Virus record (IMG/VR): IMGVR_UViG_2061766007_000116
Length of the DNA: 64,000 nt
Source: an uncultured virus (IMG/VR IMGVR_UViG_2061766007_000116)
Taxonomy: Duplodnaviria > Heunggongvirae > Uroviricota > Caudoviricetes
Reading direction: 5' to 3' (one strand)
Position numbers and translations under genes: made by a program. Numbering within the stretch: position 1 is the stretch's first letter; every line of letters begins with the position of its first letter. Positions 48,920 through 59,401 of the stretch are shown piece after piece. Under the pieces are notes generated by a model. It was not told the origin of the DNA, made no database searches, and saw only the letters and a list, made by a program, of their open reading frames with translations.

Positions 48920-49150
48920 ATGGAAAAGTTCATACCGTATGAGAAGCTCTCGAAAAAGAAGAAGCGGGAGCTGGACGCAGGCAAGCGCAACGTCTGGACC
49001 ATCAGCCCGGTGACCCGCAAGCCTGTGAATCCGAAAGCGTATAACAGAAAGAAAGCACAGAAATGGATGGATGATTCCAGTTCTGTGCTTTCACTATTAT
49101 TGGATTACTGCGTCCGGGGGATGACGCAGGCGTCCAGAGCCTGCCTGTGA
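48920..49150 (+). CDS. Small basic hypothetical protein
   Basis: AGGAGG RBS, MEKFIPYEKLSKKKKRELD...KAYNRKK. Confidence 0.65.
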   Translation: MEKFIPYEKLSKKKKRELDAGKRNVWTISPVTRKPVNPKAYNRKKAQKWMDDSSSVLSLLLDYCVRGMTQASRACL

Positions 49151-49518
49151 AGCCTGTGCAGATACCGCAAGTTGTATCCCAGCGATACAGCGATCTGTTC
49201 CCACGGTTTCCAGTTGAGGTAGCGTTCCTCCAGAATGAGCCGCAGGTCCGTTTCAGACACGGCGTCAATCACAGTGCGGATCTCCGCTTTCAGGTCCACA
49301 AGCTCATCAATGTCCCGGTTGATCTCATTCTGCAGATCGATGATGCGGTCCACAGTGTTTGCCATCGTCTGCGATCCCTTATTCGGGCTATGGGGCATCC
49401 CTGTATATGTCGCGGTGGCTTTGAGCGCCAGCTCGTTAAGGGTGCGGAGCTGTTCGATCTTGCTGTTGATACGCTGATCCAGACGGTACGCCTGATTAAA
49501 GTATTCTTGTGCGGTCAT
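49105..49518 (-). CDS. DUF1492/RinA-like late transcription activator
   Basis: MTAQEYFNQAY...ERYLNWKPWEQIA...LHRQAL sigma-4-like HTH. Confidence 0.8.
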   Translation of the reverse strand: MTAQEYFNQAYRLDQRINSKIEQLRTLNELALKATATYTGMPHSPNKGSQTMANTVDRIIDLQNEINRDIDELVDLKAEIRTVIDAVSETDLRLILEERYLNWKPWEQIAVSLGYNLRYLHRLHRQALDACVIPRTQ

Positions 49519-49751
49519 GCCGACACCTCCATTCTGACCATGCTGCGGACCCTGCTCATCAGGGACGGGCCGTCCAGCTCACTGAGGGCCTGAAACCACT
49601 CGGAGGTGAAGAAGCGTTCCAGCTCCGCCACGTCCTGCTGGTATTCTTTCCGCTGGGGCCGCAGGAAATAGTATTTGAGCGCCTTGCGGTAATCCTTCAC
49701 CGCCTGCATGATGATGGCGTTTGCCAGTTCGTGATATGGGTCCATGTTCAC
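49515..49751 (-). CDS. Conserved phage hypothetical protein
   Basis: LANAIIMQAVKDYR...ERFFTSEWF. Confidence 0.75.
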   Translation of the reverse strand: MNMDPYHELANAIIMQAVKDYRKALKYYFLRPQRKEYQQDVAELERFFTSEWFQALSELDGPSLMSRVRSMVRMEVSA

Positions 49752-51109
49752 ACCTCCAGTGTTGCTCTGACCGCATCCATGAGCGCGGCCTGTGTTTTAT
49801 CCTTCTGGCGGAGGGCCAGCATGATCCGTTCGTCAATTGTGCCTTCCGCGAGTATGTGGTGGATGACCACTGTGCTCTTTTGGCCCTGCCGCCAGAGACG
49901 GGCGTTGGTCTGCTGATACAGCTCAAGCGACCATGTCAGGCCGTACCAAATCAGGGTGCAGCCGCCGCTCTGGAGATTGAGGCCGTGTCCGGCAGAAGCC
50001 GGGTGGATCAGCATCACGGGAAGCTCACCGCGATTCCACCGCTCGATGCTGTCAGATTTATCAGCACGGGCAAAGGGCATATGGAGCTTGTGCAGCCGCT
50101 CTGTGATGCGGTCGAGGTCATGCTTAAACCAGTAGGCCACGAGGACGGGCTTGCCGTTTGCCGCTTCGATCAGGTCCTCCAGCACATCCAGCTTCCGGTC
50201 ATGGAGCGGGATCACTTTCTTGTCATCGGCATACACCGCGCCGTTAGCCATCTGGCTGAGCTTGTTGGCCAGAGATGCCGCGTTGACAGCGTCGATCTCC
50301 TCGCCGCCAAGGGAAACGACCAGTTCTTTCTTCAGGGTGCTATAGGTTTCCCATTCATCATCCGACAGCTTTGCCCGGACCTCGTTCATGACCAGCTCCG
50401 GCATCTTCAGGTGGTCCGGGGCTTTCATGCTGATCGTGATATCCGAGATGGCGTCGTAGATCTGCTCCTCCGCGCCGGGGAGCGGCTTGTAGGAGTACAC
50501 GATGGTGCCGTTACGCTTGTCCGGGGCAAAATAGCGGTTTCGGTAGTGGGTGATGAAGCGGCCCAGCCTCTGGCCGAGGTCGAGGAGCCTGTATTCTGCC
50601 CATAGATCCATCAGGCCGTTGCTGCTGGGGGTCCCTGTCAGCCCGACGATGCGCCGGACGCCGGGTCTCACTTTCAGCAGCGCCCGGAAGCGTTTTGCCT
50701 GATAGCTCTTAAAGCTGGAGAGCTCATCGATGACCACCATGTCGTAGTCGAAAGGCAGGCCGCTCTGCTCCACCAGCCACTGCACGTTCTCGCGGTTGAT
50801 GATGAACACCGAGGCGTCCTGCATCAGCGCGGCTTTCCGCTCCGGCTCCGTGCCGACCGCCACCGAGAAGGTCAGGCCCCGCAGGTGGTCCCATTTGCGT
50901 ATCTCCGATGGCCATGTGTCCCGCGCCACACGAAGCGGTGCGATGACCAGCACTTTGCGGATCAGGAAGCTGTCGAGGCACAGGTCGAAGATGGCAGTCA
51001 GCGTGATCACGCTCTTGCCAAGACCCATATCCAGCAGCACCGCAGAAACGGGGTGCGTCAGGATGAAATTGGTTGCATAGGTCTGGTAGTCATGAGGACT
51101 GTATTTCAC
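49748..51109 (-). CDS. SNF2-family helicase
   Basis: DMGLGKS, VIDELS, LTGTP, GHGLNLQ, QTNARLWRQGQ. Confidence 0.92.
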   Translation of the reverse strand: MKYSPHDYQTYATNFILTHPVSAVLLDMGLGKSVITLTAIFDLCLDSFLIRKVLVIAPLRVARDTWPSEIRKWDHLRGLTFSVAVGTEPERKAALMQDASVFIINRENVQWLVEQSGLPFDYDMVVIDELSSFKSYQAKRFRALLKVRPGVRRIVGLTGTPSSNGLMDLWAEYRLLDLGQRLGRFITHYRNRYFAPDKRNGTIVYSYKPLPGAEEQIYDAISDITISMKAPDHLKMPELVMNEVRAKLSDDEWETYSTLKKELVVSLGGEEIDAVNAASLANKLSQMANGAVYADDKKVIPLHDRKLDVLEDLIEAANGKPVLVAYWFKHDLDRITERLHKLHMPFARADKSDSIERWNRGELPVMLIHPASAGHGLNLQSGGCTLIWYGLTWSLELYQQTNARLWRQGQKSTVVIHHILAEGTIDERIMLALRQKDKTQAALMDAVRATLEV

Positions 51110-51444
51110 CGAGGACACCTCCGATCTGCTCCGTGCTGCTCACGCAGTACACCGAAAAGCCAAGTGCTTCTAACTGCCTTTTTCGCCTTACCTGCAGCGG
51201 ACGCAGCGCCTTCCCATCAGCCTTAAGTTCAACGAAGGCCAGCTTTGCGCCCGGAAGCAGGACNNNNNNNNNNGAGCTTCTTTCCATCAGCCTTAAGTTC
51301 AACGAAGGCCAGCTTTGCGCCCGGAAGCAGGACGATTCTGTCGGGAACGCCATCGAGTCCGGGGCTGACAAACTTTGGAGCCAGACCGCCCATCAGCTTT
51401 ACAGCCCGGACCAGCTTTTGTTCGATTGTTTTTTCTGCTGCCAT
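51090..51444 (-). CDS. VRR-NUC domain nuclease (local duplication at gap)
   Basis: GVPDRIVL...FVELKA...LRPLQ. Confidence 0.85.
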
Positions 51445-51465
51445 AATTCCTCCATAATTCTGGAC

Positions 51466-51564
51466 GGTGACGGTCGTGACGGTTATTTTCATAAACTCTC
51501 TATAGGAAAGTGATTTTTATGTTCCTATAGAGAACTCTTGGATTTGACCGTCACGACCGTCACC
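51466..51564. repeat. Nested inverted repeats, probable phage replication origin
   Basis: Perfect 18-bp outer (GGTGACGGTCGTGACGGT) and 12-bp inner (TCTCTATAGGAA) inverted repeats directly downstream of the primase gene. Confidence 0.7.
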
Positions 51565-51571
51565 CGCCCTC

Positions 51572-53845
51572 TCAGCTCAGGAAATCGTCGAACTCACGCG
51601 CCTTGAGCCGGAGGCCGTAAAGGAGCGAGCCCTTCTTGGTATGCTTGCGGTCAATGCCTGCAGTCTCCAGCGCGGCATAGAACTCAGCCGTGCTGCGGAA
51701 GAAGTCGCCCGTCTCGTTGCAATAGGTGCGGTACGCCTGATATACCTCGCCGGACCGCGCCGAATACGCGGGATCTGCCTCGCAGCACTCCATCAGGAAA
51801 TGGTTGAGCCAGTCGTTTTCCTCCCGGTACTTGGCGGTGGCCTCCTCAACGACGCGGGGGAGCCTGATCTTGAAATCCAAATCGATCACGCGCTTGGCCC
51901 CTTCGATGATCCACGCGAGGACAGCCTCACCAGCGTTCTGGAAGAGGTAATCCGCGTAGTTTTTGATATCGCTCTTTCCAACGATCCGGGCGTTGAACGG
52001 CACCACGATCAGACGCCGCCATGTGCCTGCGTCAATCGCTCCGACCTTCGGGAGATGGTTGGTGTAGAGCACGAGGGTATGGCTGGGGATGAAGCTAAAG
52101 GGGTCCTTGTACTTCTTTTCGGCATACACCTCGTCTGTTGAGGAGAGCTGCTTCACCGTTGCCGTGTTCAGGCGGGTGCCTTCCTCCAGCTCTGCGGCGA
52201 TGACCAGCCGCTTGCCCTTCAGCTCCGCCATCTCAGGCTTGATGTTCCTGCGGGTACCGACCGTCAGGGCATCTGCGCTCATGTTGCCGCTATAGGTGCC
52301 GAGCACACGGGCCAGCGTGTTCCAGAAGGTGGATTTGCCGTTGGCCCCGCAGCCGTAGGCGATAATCATCTGCTCGATGAACACCATGCCCACGCAGGCG
52401 GTCCCGGCGACGAGCTGGACATAGTCGATCAGCTCCTGATCGCCGCAGAACAGCAGGTCGAGCTGCTTGGCCCAAAGGCCAGCGCCTTTGCTGCTGGGAG
52501 AGACGGCGGTTACCTTCGTCATATAGTCTTCCGGGCGGTGGTCCCTGCGTCCGGCCATGCCTTTCCGCAGGTCATAGGTCCCGTCCGGGGTGCAGAGCAG
52601 ATAAGGGTCAGCATCCAGTTCCCTCGGCGTGATCGCAAGCATGGGACGGGCCTCCTTGAGCGTGTTCGTGATGTTTTTGGAGCTGCGGCGGTCAAGGGCA
52701 AACGCCTTATACTCTGCCGCCTTGCTGAACTGCGTATAGGCGACTGCCTGCTCCTTCGAGAACTTGGCCTCGGCCTTTTTCTTGGAAGGGGCGGTGGACA
52801 GCACTTCCGCTGCGCCGTTACTGGAAAGGGTGCCCCACGCCTTGTCTGCTGCGGCGGTGGCCTCCTCAAGCTGACGGGCGGTCAGCTTCTGCGCCACGGC
52901 CTGTGCGCCGTGCTTGGACTCCTCCCAAACCACGCCGTTGAAGACGATATAGTCCGTGGCCGGAGAGTATCTGAGCTCCGCTCCAGACACACGGGAGAGC
53001 ACCTGAGCCTGTCCGACGTCCGTGAAATCGTCAGGGCGGCATTGGAATTCCGTGTTGTAGTGCTCCGGGGCGACATACCCGTCTTGCTGCTGCACCTTCC
53101 GGTAAAACTGCAAGGCGCTGCGCCAGATGGTTTTCAGCTCGTGCTCCTCCAGCGGGGGATCGCATTTTGCTGCCTCTTTCTGGAAAGCCTCATATGCCTC
53201 GTCGGAGTTCCCGTAACGCTTGAGCACACGGCCTGCAAAATGGGACAGGGTCGAATTCCTGCTCCCTTCGGGGATGGTGCCGTCCGCATCAGGCATCTCC
53301 ATCGACTCGAAGGCATAATCCGCCAGATAGTCCGCGATAGACAGATTCCCGCCGAAGAACTCGACCTCCGGCTTGGAGGTGCCGAAGAAAAACCGGGCGG
53401 CATCCAGAGCATTAGGATCGAAGAAGGTGAAGATCGCCTGCACCTGCCGTTTCATGGCGCTGTACGCTGCCGGGTCCCGCTGCTCCGGGATCGGGAAGAA
53501 GCAGTGGAACTTGGGCCGCGCCGCCTTGCCGTTTTTCTCCTTGTTGTGGTTGCGGCTGTAATGGACGGCAAAGGCCACACCCGGCATGGCCTCCTGAAGC
53601 TGCGCCGGGGAGATCCACTCTGCCGGGTCCTCGCTGTGGTCGTTGTCGCAGTCCAGCACAAGGCAGGTGGTCTTGATGAAGTTGGCATTGTTGCGGTAGC
53701 CGTTTTTATATTCCACGGCCACATAGTCATGGCTGACGGCAGCGGCGAGGGATTCCGCATCCGTGACCTCCACTGCATGGGGGTAGGAGCAGTTGGATGC
53801 CCTGCCAATGCTGTCGGAGTGGTAAAGGGTGAATGTCTGGCTCAT
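51572..53845 (-). CDS. P4-family primase/helicase (PriCT plus D5-like ATPase)
   Basis: LDCDND, KFHCFF, EGSRNSTL, YGCGANGKST. Confidence 0.92.
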   Translation of the reverse strand: MSQTFTLYHSDSIGRASNCSYPHAVEVTDAESLAAAVSHDYVAVEYKNGYRNNANFIKTTCLVLDCDNDHSEDPAEWISPAQLQEAMPGVAFAVHYSRNHNKEKNGKAARPKFHCFFPIPEQRDPAAYSAMKRQVQAIFTFFDPNALDAARFFFGTSKPEVEFFGGNLSIADYLADYAFESMEMPDADGTIPEGSRNSTLSHFAGRVLKRYGNSDEAYEAFQKEAAKCDPPLEEHELKTIWRSALQFYRKVQQQDGYVAPEHYNTEFQCRPDDFTDVGQAQVLSRVSGAELRYSPATDYIVFNGVVWEESKHGAQAVAQKLTARQLEEATAAADKAWGTLSSNGAAEVLSTAPSKKKAEAKFSKEQAVAYTQFSKAAEYKAFALDRRSSKNITNTLKEARPMLAITPRELDADPYLLCTPDGTYDLRKGMAGRRDHRPEDYMTKVTAVSPSSKGAGLWAKQLDLLFCGDQELIDYVQLVAGTACVGMVFIEQMIIAYGCGANGKSTFWNTLARVLGTYSGNMSADALTVGTRRNIKPEMAELKGKRLVIAAELEEGTRLNTATVKQLSSTDEVYAEKKYKDPFSFIPSHTLVLYTNHLPKVGAIDAGTWRRLIVVPFNARIVGKSDIKNYADYLFQNAGEAVLAWIIEGAKRVIDLDFKIRLPRVVEEATAKYREENDWLNHFLMECCEADPAYSARSGEVYQAYRTYCNETGDFFRSTAEFYAALETAGIDRKHTKKGSLLYGLRLKAREFDDFLS

Positions 53846-54273
53846 CGGGATACCTCCTTGCATGCCGCCGTGAAAAAGCGGATAGGCTTGTCCTTCCGTT
53901 TAGCCTTCTCAATCTCAATGCCCATGCCTTTTGATACCTTGTCCCCAAACACCCACAGCTCTGCGCATTTGGTGAGCAGGATAATATCCATGAACAGGGC
54001 GAGGTTGCGCTCCTGCCCGTCAGCGTCATCCATGAACTGCGGGAAGAACAGGTGCGGTGCAATGGGGACGTACCCGGAGTCGACCGCAAAGCGGCAGTAA
54101 CGACGGGCCGCTTCCTGATTGGCTTCTATGTCACCCGACAGAGGGGAGCAGATGTAAACGACAGGCCGGAAGGAGCAGGTCTTCTTTGCCTCCCGCTCGA
54201 TATTCAGCAGGGCCTCGTAGGCAGTCGGGTCCGCATAGCCTTCCGTGTTGTAATAGTTGGGATTCATATCCAT
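53842..54273 (-). CDS. DUF4406-like / nucleoside deoxyribosyltransferase-fold protein
   Basis: VYICSPLSG...PIAPHL...CAELWVFG...SKGMGIE. Confidence 0.75.
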   Translation of the reverse strand: MDMNPNYYNTEGYADPTAYEALLNIEREAKKTCSFRPVVYICSPLSGDIEANQEAARRYCRFAVDSGYVPIAPHLFFPQFMDDADGQERNLALFMDIILLTKCAELWVFGDKVSKGMGIEIEKAKRKDKPIRFFTAACKEVSR

Positions 54274-54276
54274 ACC

Positions 54277-56204
54277 TCAGTCTTTCTTGTAGAAGTCGCA
54301 GACATAACCGTCTGCCCGGAGAAGAAGGCCGTCTGCCCAGCGGGGCTGCTGGCCCATCGTCATGCAGATGTCCGTTAAATCCGTCTCGGCGGGAGCCTCG
54401 ATCACGGCCTCGTCATGGACGTGCATCACAATGCGGTAGCCTTTGGCATCGAGCNNNNNNNNNNATATCCCGTGAGGTGGCCTGCACGATGTTCTCGACC
54501 AGCTTCGGGCCGTAGGTTTCCAGCCGGAGCCATTTCTTTTGGGTGCCGACACCTTCATAGGTAACTGCCTCGCCGCCGAATCGGTTTTCACCGAGCTTTG
54601 GCTTTACATAGGCCAGCTTCCTGCCGGACGGGAGCGTGACAAACATCATGCCGCTCTTGAACTCGAAGGTGATCCCGTGACAATCCGTCACGGTTTTATT
54701 CGCCACGCAGGTCTTGGCAGCAGCATCCACATCCCACCACAGCCGGACAATCATGGGGTTGGCCTGACGCCAAGCATCCACCAGCGGCTGCAGCTCCTGC
54801 TCGGCTACTCCATAGTTGAGNNNNNNNNNNNNNNNNNNNNNNNNNNNNNNNNNNNNNNNNNNNNNNNNNNNNNNNNNNNNNNNNNNNNNNNNNNAGATGG
54901 GCGTTCTGGCCGTGCTTCTCCACGGGTACGTGGAACATGGCGCTTGCTGACGCGCAGTAGATGTCGCCGCCGCTGGCAAAAACCTCCTGCCGCCATTGCT
55001 CCCCGGCGATCCACGCGATGACCCTTGCCTCGATAGCCGCGAAGTCGGCCACGAAGAATCGGCATCCGGGCTCCGGCACAAAAGCTGTGCGGATCAGCTC
55101 CGATAGGACCAGCGGGACGGAGTCATACAGCATCTCCAGCGCGGAGAACTGCCCGTCCCGTACAAGCGACCGGGCCGTCTCAAGGTCAGGCAAGTGGTTT
55201 TGCGGCAGATTCTGCACTTGGATCAGGCGTCCGGCATAGCGGCCCGTCCTGTTGGCCCCGTAAAACTGGATCAGCCCTCTGGCGCGGCTGTCAGCGCCGA
55301 CCACTGTCTGCATGGCCGTGTATTTCTTTACGCTCGACTTGGCCAGCTCTTGTCTCAGAGAGAGTGCGAGTTCTACCTCGCCGCTGGCCGATTCCAGCAG
55401 GTCGAGGACGGCGGCTTTGGAGAGAGAATCTGCCTCCACGCCTTTCTCGGCCAGCCACGCCTTGAGCTGCGCCGGGGAATTGGGGTTGTCCAGCCCGGTG
55501 ACGGCCTTTGCCATCTCCATGTGGGCCTGTTTGAACTGCTCATCACAGGCAATGGCCTGCTGTACCAGCTTGAGGTCCAGCCGGACGCCCCGGTCGTTGA
55601 TCCGCTGGTCCAGCACATAGTTCCGCCACTCTGAATCCGTCACGGGGAACTTAGCGAGGCGGTCTTGGATGGCCATTTCCGTCTCCACGTCACGGAGGTT
55701 ATACGCTTTGAAGAGAGCCCATTTCTCCGGGGCGTCTGTCGGATAATGCCGGAACGTATCGCCATCGCGTGTTTTGGCAGGGGTGCAGAAGTACCGGATC
55801 AGGTCCTTGCCCTCTTTGAGCTTCTGCTTCTCCAGACCCAGCACAGCTCCGACGCCTTCCAGCGAGAGCGGCAGGCCGAGGGTTGCCGCCCATACCATCG
55901 TGCAATGCCACGAGGAAGGGTCCAGATAAGTACCTGTCGGATACCCTAAGTAGCGGGAGAGACACACGCGCTCAAACTGAGCGTTGAAGGCAGTCTTGAG
56001 CACGGCAGGGTCTGTCAGGGCAGAAAGCACCTCGGCGGGGAGCTGCTCCCCGGCTGCGAGGTCAACAACATGAACGGGACCGCCGTCTGCGGAATAGCCG
56101 AAAAGGAGGATCTCAAAATCTGAATCCTCGCTGTACTTGTAGACCCCGGCCTTGGCAAGGTTGGTGGCGGAGTACGTTTCAATATCGATTGATAGGGTTT
56201 TCAT
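54277..56204 (-). CDS. Phage family A DNA polymerase (frames broken by N gaps)
   Basis: SIDIETYS exonuclease I, RTGRYAG, ADFAAIEARV, MHVHDE. Confidence 0.92.
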
Positions 56205-56285
56205 GGTCACCATCCTTATGGGAAGGCGGCGGCAAAGCGGAGGGCCCTGCCGCCGNNNNNNNNNNNNNNNNNNNNNNNNNNNNNN

Positions 56286-56462
56286 CTGCTGGTGGTATTC
56301 CAGATCCCGTGCAGCCTGTTCACGCTCACGCTTCTCGCGCTTGCGGTCATAGATGGCATTCTGGACAGCGGCGATCAGCGCCACGACACTGAAGCAGAGC
56401 CAGATGAGGACAATGGCCGTGAGGAGGACCGTCTGAAGAGTCGTAATAGTCATGTTGGTCAC
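56286..56462 (-). CDS. Small membrane protein (runs into gap)
   Basis: Single TM segment followed by a basic coiled coil. Confidence 0.55.
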
Positions 56463-56472
56463 CTAACCTTTC

Positions 56473-57021
56473 TCAAGACAGGAAGTCGTCGTCCAGATCG
56501 GTGGCGAAGTCATCCGCAGCAGAGGTCTTGCCGCCGAGGGGCTCGCCATCACGGACCTTCTGGATGTTGCCGAGTCCGCAGGCCACGCCCTTGTTGCCGT
56601 TGGAGTTGAATGCGTAGAAATTGATGGACACACGGGCATAGCAGCCGGAGTAGACCTCGGAGCGGTCAAGGATGGGCTGGACGGAGCGGTCCACGATCTG
56701 CGGGGCGGTGGTGCTGTTGGCGTTGACGAAGTAGGCGTTACGGTATGCCTCGTCATCGCGCTCGGTGTCGCCGTCACGGAGCGGGAGCTTCAGGGCACCC
56801 TTGGGCGGGATCTTGCCGCCGAACTTGGCAGCGCCTTCCTTGATGGCGTTCTCCACAGCCTGATTGATGGCGGCAATGGTCTTGGCGTCATCCTTCGGGA
56901 TGATGAGGGAAACGCTGTACTTAGGGGTGCCGCCGTTGACGGAGGCAGGCTCCCAAACGTGCTCATAGGACAGCCGGACGACCCCGGTGACCACTTTGGT
57001 GTTGTTAGTCTTGTTAGCCAT
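56473..57021 (-). CDS. DUF2815 single-stranded DNA-binding protein
   Basis: RLSYEHVWEP, KYSVSLII, LRDGD, VYSGCY, acidic tail. Confidence 0.9.
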   Translation of the reverse strand: MANKTNNTKVVTGVVRLSYEHVWEPASVNGGTPKYSVSLIIPKDDAKTIAAINQAVENAIKEGAAKFGGKIPPKGALKLPLRDGDTERDDEAYRNAYFVNANSTTAPQIVDRSVQPILDRSEVYSGCYARVSINFYAFNSNGNKGVACGLGNIQKVRDGEPLGGKTSAADDFATDLDDDFLS

Positions 57022-57026
57022 GATTT

Positions 57027-58169
57027 TTAATCTCCTTCATATTCGTTAAAGTCGTGATTGGCACCCACGGTTGTGATGGCCGGACGCTTATCGGATGCCG
57101 GGACCAGCGTCGGCTTTCCGGCAGGCTTGATGACCAAGCCGCCGAGGACTTCCTTGAAGGTCTGCTTGCCCATGAGCTTCTCCATCTCGGTGATGGGGAT
57201 GAGAGTCTTGCGGTAGATGTCGTGGTAACCCGCTGCGGCTGCGGCATGGGCGACCGCCTCCTCGTCGGTGTATTTGCGGTTGGTGCGGGATTCCACCAGC
57301 TTGAAGCCGGACCAATGTTTGCCGTGGTTGATGGCAGCGTCCTGTGCATAGGCCGTGATCTCGTTGGCCCATTTGGTAAGGTCGTCCAGCTTGCCGAGGA
57401 TTTCCTCGATCTCCGCGTCCGACAGAAGCGGAGGCTGGGCGAACTCAAACCGGGCCAGCTCCAGCTTGGCCTCTGCTCTGGCACGGCACTTGACCGCCGC
57501 CTTGCAGAACTGGCACCATGAGCCGGGGGCATATTCGCCTTCGCCCTTGTAGGCGAGATCGGCTTTTGGCTTGAGTGTGGTCTCGGCCCACTCCCGGAGT
57601 TCGTCCACGGAGATGGTCCATGTCGACACGTTCTCGCGCCGGGGCTGGTAGATCGTCATTGCCACTTCGGTAATGTCGTACAGGCAGTCGAAGATGCGGA
57701 GAGCGCCGAGGGCATACAGCATCATCTGCGGGTTTTGGTAGGCATCGACGAGGACGCCCAGCCCGTATTTGAAATCGATGACATGCAGCCGGGGGCTGGC
57801 CACGATCAGGCAGTCGCCTGTGCCGAAGCCGTCCGGTACGTAGCAGGAGAAGTCCAGCTTCTGCTCAATCAGGACCTGCGGGTCCGGGCAGTTGAGCTTG
57901 GCTTCGGCCAGCGCCTCCATGACGAACTCCACATACCCGGAGGTGTACTCGTCCATCTCGTCACAGTCGTACTGGCTGACGGGCTTGCGGGAGCGGAGCT
58001 TCAGGGCTTTGCGGAGCTTATGCTCGGCCAGAGCATGGGCCGCGCTGCCTTCCGCAGCCGCCTCGGTCTCACGGTCCTCGAACTCCTGCTCCAGCCGTGC
58101 GGAGGGGGTACAGCCCATCCAGCGGTGTGCGGAGCTGGCCGAGAGGAGCGCGTGCTGGTTACGTGGCAT
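57027..58169 (-). CDS. DUF2800 PD-(D/E)XK nuclease
   Basis: HALLSASSAHRW, FGTGDC, IDFKYG, WCQFC. Confidence 0.9.
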   Translation of the reverse strand: MPRNQHALLSASSAHRWMGCTPSARLEQEFEDRETEAAAEGSAAHALAEHKLRKALKLRSRKPVSQYDCDEMDEYTSGYVEFVMEALAEAKLNCPDPQVLIEQKLDFSCYVPDGFGTGDCLIVASPRLHVIDFKYGLGVLVDAYQNPQMMLYALGALRIFDCLYDITEVAMTIYQPRRENVSTWTISVDELREWAETTLKPKADLAYKGEGEYAPGSWCQFCKAAVKCRARAEAKLELARFEFAQPPLLSDAEIEEILGKLDDLTKWANEITAYAQDAAINHGKHWSGFKLVESRTNRKYTDEEAVAHAAAAAGYHDIYRKTLIPITEMEKLMGKQTFKEVLGGLVIKPAGKPTLVPASDKRPAITTVGANHDFNEYEGD

Positions 58170-58479
58170 TGACAAGCGCCTCCGCTTCTTTGAGCAGGGT
58201 CTCATACTCTTCCGGGGCCACCTTGCTCAAATGGGTAGCGCCGTGCTTCTGGATCAGGTCGTGGACTGCTGCGGTGTATCCCGCTCGGCTGATTTCGCCC
58301 AGCCGCGCCCGGAGCGTTTCCAGAGGGATCGCTGGCTTGGGGGGAGCAGGCTTTTCCGCTGCAGGTGCCGCCTCCGGCTCCGGCTCGTTCCCGGCCAGCG
58401 CCTCTGCGACCGCCTGAATGCTGTCCGCGAGGGATCGCATATCCTCGACCACGTCCAGCAGGAGCTTAATCCGGCTCAT
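58159..58479 (-). CDS. Conserved phage hypothetical protein
   Basis: MSRIKLLLDVVED...LIQKHGATHLS. Confidence 0.75.
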   Translation of the reverse strand: MSRIKLLLDVVEDMRSLADSIQAVAEALAGNEPEPEAAPAAEKPAPPKPAIPLETLRARLGEISRAGYTAAVHDLIQKHGATHLSKVAPEEYETLLKEAEALVNAT

Positions 58480-58669
58480 CGCCTTCACCTCCCTCCGGGA
58501 CCTCGCTGATGCGAAGCGCGTCCACGGTGATGTCCGGGATGATGACCCACATGCGCCGCATCTCACCGAAAAGCAGCTTCATCAGCCGCTCCCGGATTCC
58601 GATGCGCCTGCNNNNNNNNNNNNNNNNNNNNNCGGGTTTGGACACTGAGACCTCAATGCTGTGTCTCAT
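58466..58669 (-). CDS. Small hypothetical protein
   Basis: AGGAGG RBS, first gene of the replication operon. Confidence 0.65.
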   Translation of the reverse strand: MRHSIEVSVSKPXXXXXXXXRRIGIRERLMKLLFGEMRRMWVIIPDITVDALRISEVPEGGEGDEPD

Positions 58670-58714
58670 AGGGCTTTGCCCTCCTTTCTGAGAGCGGTGT
58701 TCCGCTCTTCGCCT

Positions 58715-58746
58715 TACGGAGAAAGGAGGGCCGTTTTGACCACCCT
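58715..58746 (-). promoter_or_regulatory. Putative phage-sigma promoter for the replication operon
   Basis: Minus strand AGGGTGGTCAAAACGGCC-N4-TTTCTCCGTA, matching 16006-16037. Confidence 0.6.
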
Positions 58747-59137
58747 AAATCAGAAAAATCTCCAGAAAATTTTTCCGGGCGGCGGCGATGGACTTCTGGA
58801 CCGCGTAGAGGGCGACACCCTCTGCGGCGGCGATTTCGCGCTCCGTCATGCCCTTGGAGAGCATCAGCAGCCGCCTGCGCTGCGGCTCTTTGAGCTGGGC
58901 GAGCGCGGCACGGACCCGCTGGGCGACTTCTTCCGAATCGTCCTCGCAGGGGTAGTCATCGCATCTGCCGTACTCCGCGCCTTCGTAGGTGATGGCGTCA
59001 AGGGAGTAATTGTGGTAGCGGTGGCGGCGGTCATCGTTGGCCTCTTTGCGCCGGGAGTCCATGATGAAGGCCCCGATCTCCTCGTCTACCTCGGAGGTGG
59101 AAGAGGTGCCGTCTGCGAATGTGTAGGTGATTTTCAT
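58745..59137 (-). CDS. Sigma-70 region-4 / ECF-like transcription factor
   Basis: LAQLKEPQRRRL...GMTEREIAAAEGVALYAVQKSI HTH. Confidence 0.75.
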   Translation of the reverse strand: MKITYTFADGTSSTSEVDEEIGAFIMDSRRKEANDDRRHRYHNYSLDAITYEGAEYGRCDDYPCEDDSEEVAQRVRAALAQLKEPQRRRLLMLSKGMTEREIAAAEGVALYAVQKSIAAARKNFLEIFLI

Positions 59138-59363
59138 GTTCTGTCCTTTCCGCGAGAGCGGGGCAGAACAAGAAAAAGAAAGGCGCGGAGGCCATCGGTC
59201 CCCGCACCTGACTACGCAAAAATGAGCGCACAAAGGTTAGGGTACCGATCCGCCTCTCCCCGCGAAAGGGGAGGAAGGCGATATGCAGTATCCTTGTCCT
59301 GCTGTACACTCAGGCTTGAATATTGATTTGTAAGGCTATCGTAGCACTGCTTTTTGAGCCGTG

Positions 59364-59382
59364 CCGGACACGCCATGTCCGG
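59364..59382. promoter_or_regulatory. Palindromic operator CCGGACA-N5-TGTCCGG
   Basis: Dyad; 18-bp reverse-complement copy at 59726-59743. Confidence 0.7.
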
Positions 59383-59401
59383 TGAAAAAGGGTAATAAAA
59401 C

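Noticed and set aside
1488..56290. Frameshifted pseudogenes (GNAT, endolysin, amidoligase, DNA polymerase, VRR-NUC)
   Set aside because: Every frame break coincides with an N run of estimated length, so there is no evidence of real decay.
57027..58169. Cas4 / CRISPR adaptation gene
   Set aside because: It is a DUF2800 nuclease in the standard phage replication module, with no cas1/cas2 or array nearby.
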